The notes beneath the pieces are model-generated. The model was not told the DNA's origin, ran no database searches, and saw only the letters and a list, made by a program, of their open reading frames with translations. A stretch of DNA of 48,043 bases, taken from NCBI GenBank assembly GCA_046861385.1, contig JBHHTW010000014.1, forward strand, positions 1-48,043. The letters are read 5' to 3'. Shown piece after piece: positions 40,111-48,043 of the stretch. Source of the stretch: Fidelibacterota bacterium (GTDB lineage: Bacteria > Fidelibacterota > Marinisomatia > Marinisomatales > TCS55). The translations under genes and the position numbers were made by a program. Position 1 is the first letter of the stretch. Each line of letters opens with the position of its first letter.

Positions 40111-40841
40111 ATTATTTTCAATCAACCAATACAGTCGTTCATACGTCCAAAAAACCATACAAAGGTTCCCGCCAAAACAACCGGCGGACAGGCAATCCTT
40201 TGAAAGGTTTAACAATAATGGATCTCGGAAGCCGAAATTATCAGGAAGTGTGGGATATGCAAAAGGTGCTTCAATCTAAAAGGATCAATGGGGAAATTGA
40301 AGATACGCTTCTTTTGGTGGAACATGAACCCGTCTACACGCTCGGAAAAAATGGGGATGAAAACCATTTACTCCAAAATTACCCAGAAGAAATAAATATT
40401 TTTAAAGTGGAGCGTGGGGGCGATATTACCTTTCATGGACCAGGACAATTAGTTGGTTATCCAATTTTAGATCTTCACAATTATAAGCTAAGTATTAATT
40501 GGTACATGCGCTCCTTGGAAGAAACCATTATTAATACGTTACAATACTTTGGAATTGAAGGTAAACGAATAGAAGGATTAACCGGAGTTTGGGTGGGGGA
40601 TAATAAGATTGCTGCTTTCGGTGTACGGGTTTCCCGATGGGTTACTATGCATGGTTTTGCGTTAAATGTGAGTCCTGATCTCCGGTATTATGATGGAATT
40701 ATTCCTTGTGGATTATTTGAATATGGTGTGATATCCATGGAAAAAATATTGGGTCATAAAGTCGAATTTGAGCATGTGAAACAAATATTAATTCATGAAT
40801 TTTCTCACATATTTAAACAAAATAATTTGGAGGTTATTTAA
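40107..40841 (+). CDS. lipB: Lipoyl(octanoyl) transferase
   Basis: EHEPVYTLG, RGGDITFHGPGQLVGY, KIAAFG, HGFALN, IIPCG. The true start may be downstream. Confidence 0.93.
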   Translation: MNYFQSTNTVVHTSKKPYKGSRQNNRRTGNPLKGLTIMDLGSRNYQEVWDMQKVLQSKRINGEIEDTLLLVEHEPVYTLGKNGDENHLLQNYPEEINIFKVERGGDITFHGPGQLVGYPILDLHNYKLSINWYMRSLEETIINTLQYFGIEGKRIEGLTGVWVGDNKIAAFGVRVSRWVTMHGFALNVSPDLRYYDGIIPCGLFEYGVISMEKILGHKVEFEHVKQILIHEFSHIFKQNNLEVI

Positions 40842-42847
40842 TGTCTCGACTTCATGGATTTATGAAAAAAGAATTGCTGAGTGCATATCGTAAAATGGTC
40901 GCAGCCCGGAAGTTGGATGAGAAAATGCTCATAATGCTCAAACAAGGAAAGAGTTATTTTCACATTGGATCTTCAGGGCATGAAGCAGCTCAGCTGGCCG
41001 CTGCATCTGTCCTGCGTCCAGGGATAGACTGGGCATATCCATATTACCGTGACGGTGCGTTATGTCTTGGGTTAGGAATGACGTCCAAGGAGCAGTTATT
41101 ATGTTTTTTAGCCCGGAAAGATGATCCCAATTCAGGCGGTCGTCAAATGCCTCAGCATTACGGTCATAAGAAGCTGAGAATTGTGAGTCAATCCAGTCCA
41201 ACAGGGACACAGTTCTTACAGGCGGTTGGGACTGCAATCACTCGTCAATGGGAAAAGACAAAAGAAATTGTATATGTTTCCAGCGGAGAGGGGACAACCA
41301 GCCAAGGTGATTTTCATGAAGCTTTGAACTGGTCGAGTCGAGTGAAAGCACCTGTTATTTTTCATATCGAGGATAATGATTATGCTATCAGTGTTCATAT
41401 ATCTCAGCAAACTTCAGGAGAGTCCGTCTATTCCATTGTTGCCGGTTACGCTAATCTCGCAAGATTCGACGTTGATGGTACAGATTTCTTTGAAACAAAC
41501 TTAGCGTTCAAGAAAGCGGCAGAACGTGCCCGGAAGGGAAAAGGTCCTTCAGTGATTGTAAGCCATGTCGTTCGATTACTTCCCCATTCTTCATCAGATG
41601 ATCAACGTAAATACCGGTCAAAAACTGAATTAAAAAAGGATAAAAATAAGGATCCTATCATACGGTTTGAACAATATTGTATGGATGCAAATATAATTGG
41701 TGAAGAAGAATTCGAAAAGACCAGAAATGAAATCTATGAGAGAATTGATTCTGAGGCTAACTGGGCCGATAAACAACCGCCCCCGGATGTAGATACGGCC
41801 ATGGATCATGTATATTCTGATCATTTGATAATTCGTGAATCAGACCCAAATCCAATAAACGATAAAATTGTAATGGTGGATGCCATAAACCATGCATTGG
41901 CAGAAGAGATGAGCACCAATGAAAAAATGGTCATTTTTGGGGAGGATGTTTCGGATCCAAAGGGGGGCGTTTTTACCGCAACCAAAGGCTTATCGGATAC
42001 ATTTGGCAATGAACGTGTGTTCAATTCGCCACTGGCTGAATCATCCATCGTTGGGACCGCCATTGGTATGGCAGTCGCCGGGTGGAAACCGGTTGTTGAA
42101 ATACAATTTGGTGATTATATATGGACAGCGATGATGCAAATCAGGAATGAAATGTCTGCCATGAGGTATCGATCAAACGGTGCCTGGAAATGCCCAATAG
42201 TTATTCGAGTCCCCGTTGGCGGCTATATCCATGGAGGACTTTGTCATAGTCAATCAATTGATGGATATTTTCTTCACATGCCGGGAATCCGATTGGTATA
42301 TCCGTCGAATGCCTCGGATGCAAAAGGATTATTAAAATCAGCCTGCAGAATGGATGATCCTGTCCTCTTTTTTGAACATAAAGGATTATATCGCCAAGGG
42401 TATTCTGCCACTGCCGAGCCTGATGAGAATTATATTTTACCATTTGGAAAAGCAAGAATCGTTCAAGAAGGGGATCAGGTCACCCTTATTACATGGGGCG
42501 CGATGGTTCAGAAATCAATAGAAGCAGTAAAAATGTGCGGATATCTCAATCAAGAAATTGAAATAATTGATTTAAGAACACTCAATCCATTGGATATGGA
42601 ATCTATACAGGAATCTGTTCGCAAAACGGGTAAAGTGCTTATTGTACACGAAGATACTCTCACCGGAGGACCGGGGGGAGAGATCGCCGCTAGGGTAGGA
42701 AATGAATTATTTGAATACCTGGATGGCCCGATTGCTCGCGTTGCAGCCAAAGATTGCCATATTCCTTTCAGCTGGGTTTTGGAAGATAAAATACTCCCCC
42801 AAACGGCAGACATCATATCAGTTTTAACGAATTTAGTGGAGTATTGA
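40841..42847 (+). CDS. 2-oxoacid dehydrogenase E1, fused alpha/beta (probably branched-chain 2-oxoacid DH)
   Basis: YYRD, GRQMP.H, TPP motif GEGTTSQGDFHE...EDN, HSSSDD; beta part GEDV..GGVF, EIQF, HSQS, DLRTL.PLD. Confidence 0.9.
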   Translation: MSRLHGFMKKELLSAYRKMVAARKLDEKMLIMLKQGKSYFHIGSSGHEAAQLAAASVLRPGIDWAYPYYRDGALCLGLGMTSKEQLLCFLARKDDPNSGGRQMPQHYGHKKLRIVSQSSPTGTQFLQAVGTAITRQWEKTKEIVYVSSGEGTTSQGDFHEALNWSSRVKAPVIFHIEDNDYAISVHISQQTSGESVYSIVAGYANLARFDVDGTDFFETNLAFKKAAERARKGKGPSVIVSHVVRLLPHSSSDDQRKYRSKTELKKDKNKDPIIRFEQYCMDANIIGEEEFEKTRNEIYERIDSEANWADKQPPPDVDTAMDHVYSDHLIIRESDPNPINDKIVMVDAINHALAEEMSTNEKMVIFGEDVSDPKGGVFTATKGLSDTFGNERVFNSPLAESSIVGTAIGMAVAGWKPVVEIQFGDYIWTAMMQIRNEMSAMRYRSNGAWKCPIVIRVPVGGYIHGGLCHSQSIDGYFLHMPGIRLVYPSNASDAKGLLKSACRMDDPVLFFEHKGLYRQGYSATAEPDENYILPFGKARIVQEGDQVTLITWGAMVQKSIEAVKMCGYLNQEIEIIDLRTLNPLDMESIQESVRKTGKVLIVHEDTLTGGPGGEIAARVGNELFEYLDGPIARVAAKDCHIPFSWVLEDKILPQTADIISVLTNLVEY

Positions 42848-42850
42848 GCG

Positions 42851-44191
42851 ATGATTATTGATGTAGTAATGCCCAAAATGGGTGAATCAATTACAGAAGG
42901 AACTATTTTGGAATGGCGTAAAAATGTTGGCGAATGGATTGAAATGGATGAAATACTCCTAGAGATTGGAACAGACAAAGTTGATTCAGAAATTCCATCC
43001 TCCAATCAAGGAATTATTACTGAAATTCTAGCCCAGCCCAATGATGTCGTTGAAGTGGGAAAAACCATTGCCCGGATAGATACTGAAAGTAAAGCCGGTG
43101 TTACCAAAAAATTAGAGTCGACATCGGAACCTGCACAAGAAACTCTTTCACATACCAAAGCAGAAACGCATCCACCAGACCAGGGAGATAAATCCAATAA
43201 AATGGAAGATTATGAAACACCGATTGTTTCTATTGATCAGCCTATTAGTCTGAGAAAATTTTACACTCCCGTTGTTAAAGCCATCGCCCGGAAGGAAAAA
43301 ATCAGCAAAGAGGAGCTGGCATCGCTCTCAGGCACGGGACATAATAACCGAGTGACAAAAAATGATTTGTTGACTTATATTGAGCAGAGGACTTCTCAAT
43401 CCGTTACTATGAGATCTAAAGTTGATGTGGAAAAAGATATTTCTGTAATTCCAAAACCCTCCAATGATGTGGTGATCACATCGCTTAAAGACGATCGTGT
43501 GGAGATGAATAAAATGCGACGCATGATTGCAGAACATATGCGCCATAGTTTGGACACATCTGCCCATGTCCATTTAATGAATGAAGTGGACATGACACAT
43601 ATCGTCCGCTTTGTCAGGGATCATGGGGATGGTTTTCAAAAAAGTGAAGGATTTTCATTAACATACACACCATTTATTATGGCAGCTTGTGTTCGAGTAT
43701 TGCAATCATTCCCGGAAATGAATAGTTCCATCGAAGGGTCCACCATTATTCGTAAGAAAAATATTAATATCGGATTGGCTGTATCTGTGGATAATGGATT
43801 GATGGTCCCCGTGATTCCCAAATGCGAGGAAATGAATTTTTTGGGCCTATGCAGGAAAATTCGTGACCTTGCTTCCCGTGCAAGAACAAAACAGATTAAA
43901 CCGGATGAGCTTTCCGGTTCAACATTTTCCATCTCCAATTTTGGTGTATTTAACGTAACGATGGGAACCCCCATTATTAATCAGCCTAACGTCGGAATCT
44001 TGGGAGTGGGTACCATTAAGAAAAAACCGGTGGTTATTGAAACGGATGAGGGAGATGCCATTGGTATTCGAAGCATGATGCATTTGTCCCTTGGATTTGA
44101 TCACCGTTTGATTGATGGATCCGGAGGCGCCCGTTTTATCGAGATGGTTTTGAATCAATTAGAAAATATGGACTTAAAAAGATTATTCTGA
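42851..44191 (+). CDS. Dihydrolipoamide acyltransferase (E2)
   Basis: Lipoyl domain TDKVD, E3-binding GTG..NRVTKND, catalytic DHRLIDG. Confidence 0.93.
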   Translation: MIIDVVMPKMGESITEGTILEWRKNVGEWIEMDEILLEIGTDKVDSEIPSSNQGIITEILAQPNDVVEVGKTIARIDTESKAGVTKKLESTSEPAQETLSHTKAETHPPDQGDKSNKMEDYETPIVSIDQPISLRKFYTPVVKAIARKEKISKEELASLSGTGHNNRVTKNDLLTYIEQRTSQSVTMRSKVDVEKDISVIPKPSNDVVITSLKDDRVEMNKMRRMIAEHMRHSLDTSAHVHLMNEVDMTHIVRFVRDHGDGFQKSEGFSLTYTPFIMAACVRVLQSFPEMNSSIEGSTIIRKKNINIGLAVSVDNGLMVPVIPKCEEMNFLGLCRKIRDLASRARTKQIKPDELSGSTFSISNFGVFNVTMGTPIINQPNVGILGVGTIKKKPVVIETDEGDAIGIRSMMHLSLGFDHRLIDGSGGARFIEMVLNQLENMDLKRLF

Positions 44192-45069
44192 TGGATACCC
44201 ATATTATCCAAGAAAAAAAACCAAAAATTCGGTTATCCATCGGTGAGAATTATAAATTTATTGAGAATACTGTCCACTCTAATCAATTGCACACCGTTTG
44301 TGAAGAAGCCCGGTGTCCCAATATTTATGAATGCTGGGATCGAGGTACCGCAACAGTAATGATTCTGGGAGACGTTTGCACAAGAGCATGTGGATTTTGT
44401 TCAGTAAAAACCGGAAAACCGACGTGGAGTGATTCCTTGGAACCCAGTCGAACGGCCTTAGCTGTAAAGAGAATGAAACTTCGCCATGTCGTAATTACAT
44501 CGGTAGATCGCGACGATTTAAAGGGAGATTTCGGTGCGAAAATCTGGGCTGAAACCATTCGTCGTATTCATCAATATACCCGTACATGCACCGTTGAAGT
44601 ATTAACACCGGATTTTCAAGGAAATTTACCGGCTCTGGAGACTGTTTTTTCCGCACAACCGGAAATTTTTTCACATAATATTGAATGCATTGAAAGGATC
44701 AGTAAGCAGGTTCGCACACAGGCAAATTGGAAACGCAGCTTGGATGTGTTAAACCATTCAGTTAAGCATGGGTTAATAACCAAAACGGGCATGATGGTTG
44801 GATTGGGAGAAAAAAAAGAAGAAGTATTGAATACAATGAGAGAAATAGCTGAAATTGGGGTCAATATATTTACCATTGGTCAATATCTTCAACCAACCAA
44901 GAAACATTTACCTGTAATTAGATATGTAGATAAGATTGAGTTTGAAGAATATAAAGAATTCGGATTGGAAATTGGGTTCAAAATAGTGGAATCAGGAGCT
45001 TTGGTAAGGAGTTCATACCATGCAGATGAACAAGCAAAATTAAGTGGAGTAAAATCAATTAATGAATAA
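44191..45069 (+). CDS. lipA: Lipoyl synthase
   Basis: CEEARCPNIYEC, CTRACGFC, GQYL, VRSSY. Confidence 0.96.
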   Translation: MDTHIIQEKKPKIRLSIGENYKFIENTVHSNQLHTVCEEARCPNIYECWDRGTATVMILGDVCTRACGFCSVKTGKPTWSDSLEPSRTALAVKRMKLRHVVITSVDRDDLKGDFGAKIWAETIRRIHQYTRTCTVEVLTPDFQGNLPALETVFSAQPEIFSHNIECIERISKQVRTQANWKRSLDVLNHSVKHGLITKTGMMVGLGEKKEEVLNTMREIAEIGVNIFTIGQYLQPTKKHLPVIRYVDKIEFEEYKEFGLEIGFKIVESGALVRSSYHADEQAKLSGVKSINE

Positions 45070-45379
45070 AATTGCTGTATACAGCTTAACCAGCCTGGCT
45101 GGAATACTATTAGTATTCACGATAAACTTAAAACAGGATTTTGGAAAAGATGAAGTCTCCAAAATGAGTCAACCGATTATTGTTGATGGTAAAATTGCCC
45201 CTCAATTATCAGATCTTTTTGAAGGGCGAGACGAAGGACCGCATCAAGAATTTAATGATGAAAATTCTTGTTTAAAATGCCATAAACAGGAAATAGAAAT
45301 ACCGGGGTTGGGCACCGTTCCTAAAATTCCCCACGAATTTCGTAAAGATTGTATATCTTGTCATTTATTGCCATCATGA
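45062..45379 (+). CDS. Small diheme c-type cytochrome (NapB-like arrangement)
   Basis: N-terminal hydrophobic segment; two CxxCH motifs (CLKCH, CISCH), each preceded by a PH. Confidence 0.75.
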   Translation: MNKIAVYSLTSLAGILLVFTINLKQDFGKDEVSKMSQPIIVDGKIAPQLSDLFEGRDEGPHQEFNDENSCLKCHKQEIEIPGLGTVPKIPHEFRKDCISCHLLPS

Positions 45380-45398
45380 CTACAGTTTGTAATAAACC

Positions 45399-45438
45399 TG
45401 CCATATGGGCGTATAAACCTCTATGGCATATTAATTGA
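45399..45438 (+). promoter_or_regulatory. Candidate sigma54 (-24/-12) promoter of lon with upstream TGCCA motif
   Basis: TGGCATATTAATTGA at 45424-45438 has the GG-N10-G(A) spacing of sigma54 sites; TGCCATATGGGC lies at 45399-45410. Confidence 0.5.
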
Positions 45439-45474
45439 CCAGTCATTTAACAATATTTGAAAATAAGGAAAATC

Positions 45475-47874
45475 ATGTCTGAAGAAATAAAGTATACTAC
45501 TGAAGAATTTGCCGTTATGCCTCTCCGGAATACAGTTTTGTTTCCGCAGCAGGTCATTCCTATTTACGTCGGTAGGGAAAAATCTTTAAAACTGATAAAT
45601 GATCTACCGCCGCAGGGAAAACACATTGTCGTTGTGGCTCAGGAGGATGGATCTATTGAGGATCCGAAGCCGGAAGATCTATATTCATTTGGAACTCTAG
45701 CTGTTGTCTTGAAAGTATTTGATATGCCGGATAATAGTAAGTCAGCTATCGTTCAAGGAGTGGAAAGGGTCAAGATGCTCGAGTACGTAGGCGACGACCC
45801 TTATTATGTGGCAAAAGTGACCCGTGTTAAGGATTTAGAAGAATCTAATATTGAATTAGATGCTCTTGTGAAGAATTTACGAACAACCTTCTCAGAATTG
45901 ATTCAGGTAGCGCCAAATCTTACAGAAGAACATTCCGGTATGCTCTCAAATATTCAAAAGCCGTCCCGGCTGGCAGACAGGGCTATTTCATTATTGACTG
46001 TTTCCAATTCTGAAAAACAGGAAATTTTAGAAGAATTAGATGTCAAATCCCGAGTTGAGAAATCTATCTCATTGCTGGCTCGAGAAATTCAGCGTATAAA
46101 GCTGGGTGAACAAATCCAGAGTGAAGTCCACGATGAAATTTCAAAAACACAGAGGGAATATTATTTGCGTGAGCAAATGAAAGCGATCAAGAAGGAATTG
46201 GGTGAAGATGAGGGAACCGTTGAATTCAAAGAATTGGAGGACAAGGTAAAAGATGCGAAAATGTCTGAAGAAGCTGAATCCGTTGCGTTGAAGGAATTGG
46301 ACAGACTTTCCCGTATTCCCACGCAATCTCCGGAATACTCTGTGGCCAGAACCTATATTGAATGGTTGGCAGATCTTCCCTGGTCTCAATCGTCCAAAGA
46401 AACATTGGATATCGTAAGGGCCAAAGAAATTTTGGATGAAGATCATTATGGATTAAATAAGATTAAAGAACGGATTTTGGAATACTTGGCTGTCCGATCT
46501 TTAAAACAAAAAAAGGACCCTGATGGCGTTGTTCGGGGACCCATTCTCTGTTTCGCCGGCCCCCCCGGAGTGGGGAAAACCTCCTTAGGAAAATCCATTG
46601 CGCGGGCGATGGGACGAGAATTTATTCGCATATCTTTGGGCGGTGTGAGAGATGAAGCCGAAATTAGAGGTCATAGAAGAACCTATATCGGCGCATTACC
46701 AGGTAGAGTGATTCAATCTTTGAAGAAAGCCGGCACCAATAATCCTGTTTTTATGCTGGATGAAATCGACAAATTGGGAATGGATTTCCGTGGCGACCCG
46801 TCTTCTGCGCTTTTGGAAGTGTTGGATCCGGAACAAAATAACACTTTTAGCGATCATTATTTAGAAGTGAATTTTGATTTGAGCAATGTCATGTTCATAT
46901 CCACGGCAAACTATCAAGATCCTATCCCGCCTGCCTTAAAAGATCGAATGGAGATTTTGGACTTTAGCGGTTATATCGAAGATGAAAAGGTGAAGATTGC
47001 AATCCGACATTTGATTCCCAAACAAATTGAAGAAAATGGACTGACATCAAAGGAGGTCGGCTTTGATGAATCTGCGATTAAAGAGCTGATTCGTTCATAT
47101 ACCCGAGAAGCTGGCGTTCGCAACTTGGAAAGGGAAATTGCGAACGTACTGAGGAAAGTTGCTCGTGAATATGTTGAAAAGAAAAGCCGAAAAGTTAACT
47201 TAACCCAAAAGAAGGTTAATGCTTATTTAGGTGCACCACGCTTTTATTCTGAGCTAGCGGAGCGAACGACCAAACCTGGTGTGGTTACCGGCTTGGCCTG
47301 GACGGCCGCAGGTGGTGACATCCTTTTTATCGAAGCATCCAAAATGAAGGGAAAAGGTCAATTGACTCTAACAGGACAATTGGGAGATGTCATGAAAGAA
47401 TCAGCAACCGCTGCTCTAACTTATATCCGTTCCCACACAGATATACTTGGGTTGAAAGATGATTTTCATGAGAAGACAGATATTCATGTTCATGTTCCAG
47501 CCGGTGCAATTCCAAAAGATGGGCCTTCAGCGGGTGTGAGCATGTTTACAGCCATGTTATCATTGCTCACAGGAAAATCCGTCAAAGAAAAAGTGGCCAT
47601 GACGGGAGAGATCACTTTGAGAGGGAATGTACTACCCATCGGCGGTGTAAAAGAAAAAGTAACCGCCGCCCATCGATCCGGGATAAAAACAATAATATTA
47701 CCAGATCATAATAAGAAGGATCTGGAAGAAATTCCCGACCACATTAAAAAAGATCTCACATTTTACTTTGCAAAAGAAATGATGGATGTAATTGATATTG
47801 CATTACCGGGCATTAATGGAAGGAAGAAAAAAAGAGTGAAGAAGATAGCATCAAAAATAAAAAAAGAGTCATAA
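45475..47874 (+). CDS. lon: ATP-dependent Lon protease
   Basis: PLRNTVLFP, GPPGVGKT, RGHRRTY, LLEVLDPEQN, PKDGPSAG, IGGVKEK. SD-like AAGGA before ATG 45475. Confidence 0.97.
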   Translation: MSEEIKYTTEEFAVMPLRNTVLFPQQVIPIYVGREKSLKLINDLPPQGKHIVVVAQEDGSIEDPKPEDLYSFGTLAVVLKVFDMPDNSKSAIVQGVERVKMLEYVGDDPYYVAKVTRVKDLEESNIELDALVKNLRTTFSELIQVAPNLTEEHSGMLSNIQKPSRLADRAISLLTVSNSEKQEILEELDVKSRVEKSISLLAREIQRIKLGEQIQSEVHDEISKTQREYYLREQMKAIKKELGEDEGTVEFKELEDKVKDAKMSEEAESVALKELDRLSRIPTQSPEYSVARTYIEWLADLPWSQSSKETLDIVRAKEILDEDHYGLNKIKERILEYLAVRSLKQKKDPDGVVRGPILCFAGPPGVGKTSLGKSIARAMGREFIRISLGGVRDEAEIRGHRRTYIGALPGRVIQSLKKAGTNNPVFMLDEIDKLGMDFRGDPSSALLEVLDPEQNNTFSDHYLEVNFDLSNVMFISTANYQDPIPPALKDRMEILDFSGYIEDEKVKIAIRHLIPKQIEENGLTSKEVGFDESAIKELIRSYTREAGVRNLEREIANVLRKVAREYVEKKSRKVNLTQKKVNAYLGAPRFYSELAERTTKPGVVTGLAWTAAGGDILFIEASKMKGKGQLTLTGQLGDVMKESATAALTYIRSHTDILGLKDDFHEKTDIHVHVPAGAIPKDGPSAGVSMFTAMLSLLTGKSVKEKVAMTGEITLRGNVLPIGGVKEKVTAAHRSGIKTIILPDHNKKDLEEIPDHIKKDLTFYFAKEMMDVIDIALPGINGRKKKRVKKIASKIKKES

Positions 47875-48043
47875 TTTCCCACCCGTTTTTGGGCGATTAT
47901 CCATTTACTCCGCAATTGGCGGATACACTGGATAAACTCCTTCATAGTTACGTTGCGGACAGCCTGCCCGCCGTAGGAACGAAGGCGGGGCAGCTGGTTT
48001 TGACCAGCTTCGTTCAATACATAGATTTTTGAAAAATAGGGCG

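Noticed and set aside
47763-48017. 84-aa minus-strand ORF; also a faint cobalamin-riboswitch resemblance on the minus strand (GAAGCTGGTCAAAACCAGC...CTGTCCGCAACGTAA)
   Set aside because: The ORF overlaps the lon 3' end and runs through hairpins. The riboswitch lacks the GGGAA and B12-box elements and would point into the lon antisense strand with no gene to regulate.

Overview
AT-rich bacterial chromosome segment. The gene types (T9SS-type C-terminal domains, dockerin-tailed peptidase, eukaryote-type citrate synthase, fused E1 alpha/beta) suggest an FCB-group organism such as Ca. Marinimicrobia; this is an inference. From left to right: (1) partial hemW, two tandem 135-bp palindromic repeats, a class B acid phosphatase, an orphan GroES-like gene and a GNAT. 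(2) A cell-surface phosphodiester cluster: MsbA-like exporter, three TagB/TagF-family transferases, CDP-alcohol phosphotransferase, two LicC-like cytidylyltransferases, sulfotransferase and DUF1015. (3) Citrate synthase, secreted M14 and S8 peptidases and a further T9SS-CTD protein. (4) CBS protein, a probable lipoprotein with an ATC start, unknown/MBL/DUF309/receiver-like genes and nth. (5) An ilvD-ilvB-ilvN-ilvN'-ilvC-leuBACD-cimA operon preceded by a candidate Ile/Leu/Val leader-peptide attenuator. (6) A tightly coupled run of an atypical queD, yhhQ, folE, lpdA, lipoprotein, lipB, E1, E2, lipA and a diheme cytochrome c. (7) lon with a sigma54-like promoter, then a hairpin-dense tail. No transposase, CRISPR array, tRNA or rRNA was recognised. 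The best leads are the teichoic-acid-like cluster with a DUF1015/cytidylyltransferase pair, the leader peptide lacking an intrinsic terminator, the tandem divergent ilvN genes, the Cys-less QueD and the dockerin/T9SS peptidase block.
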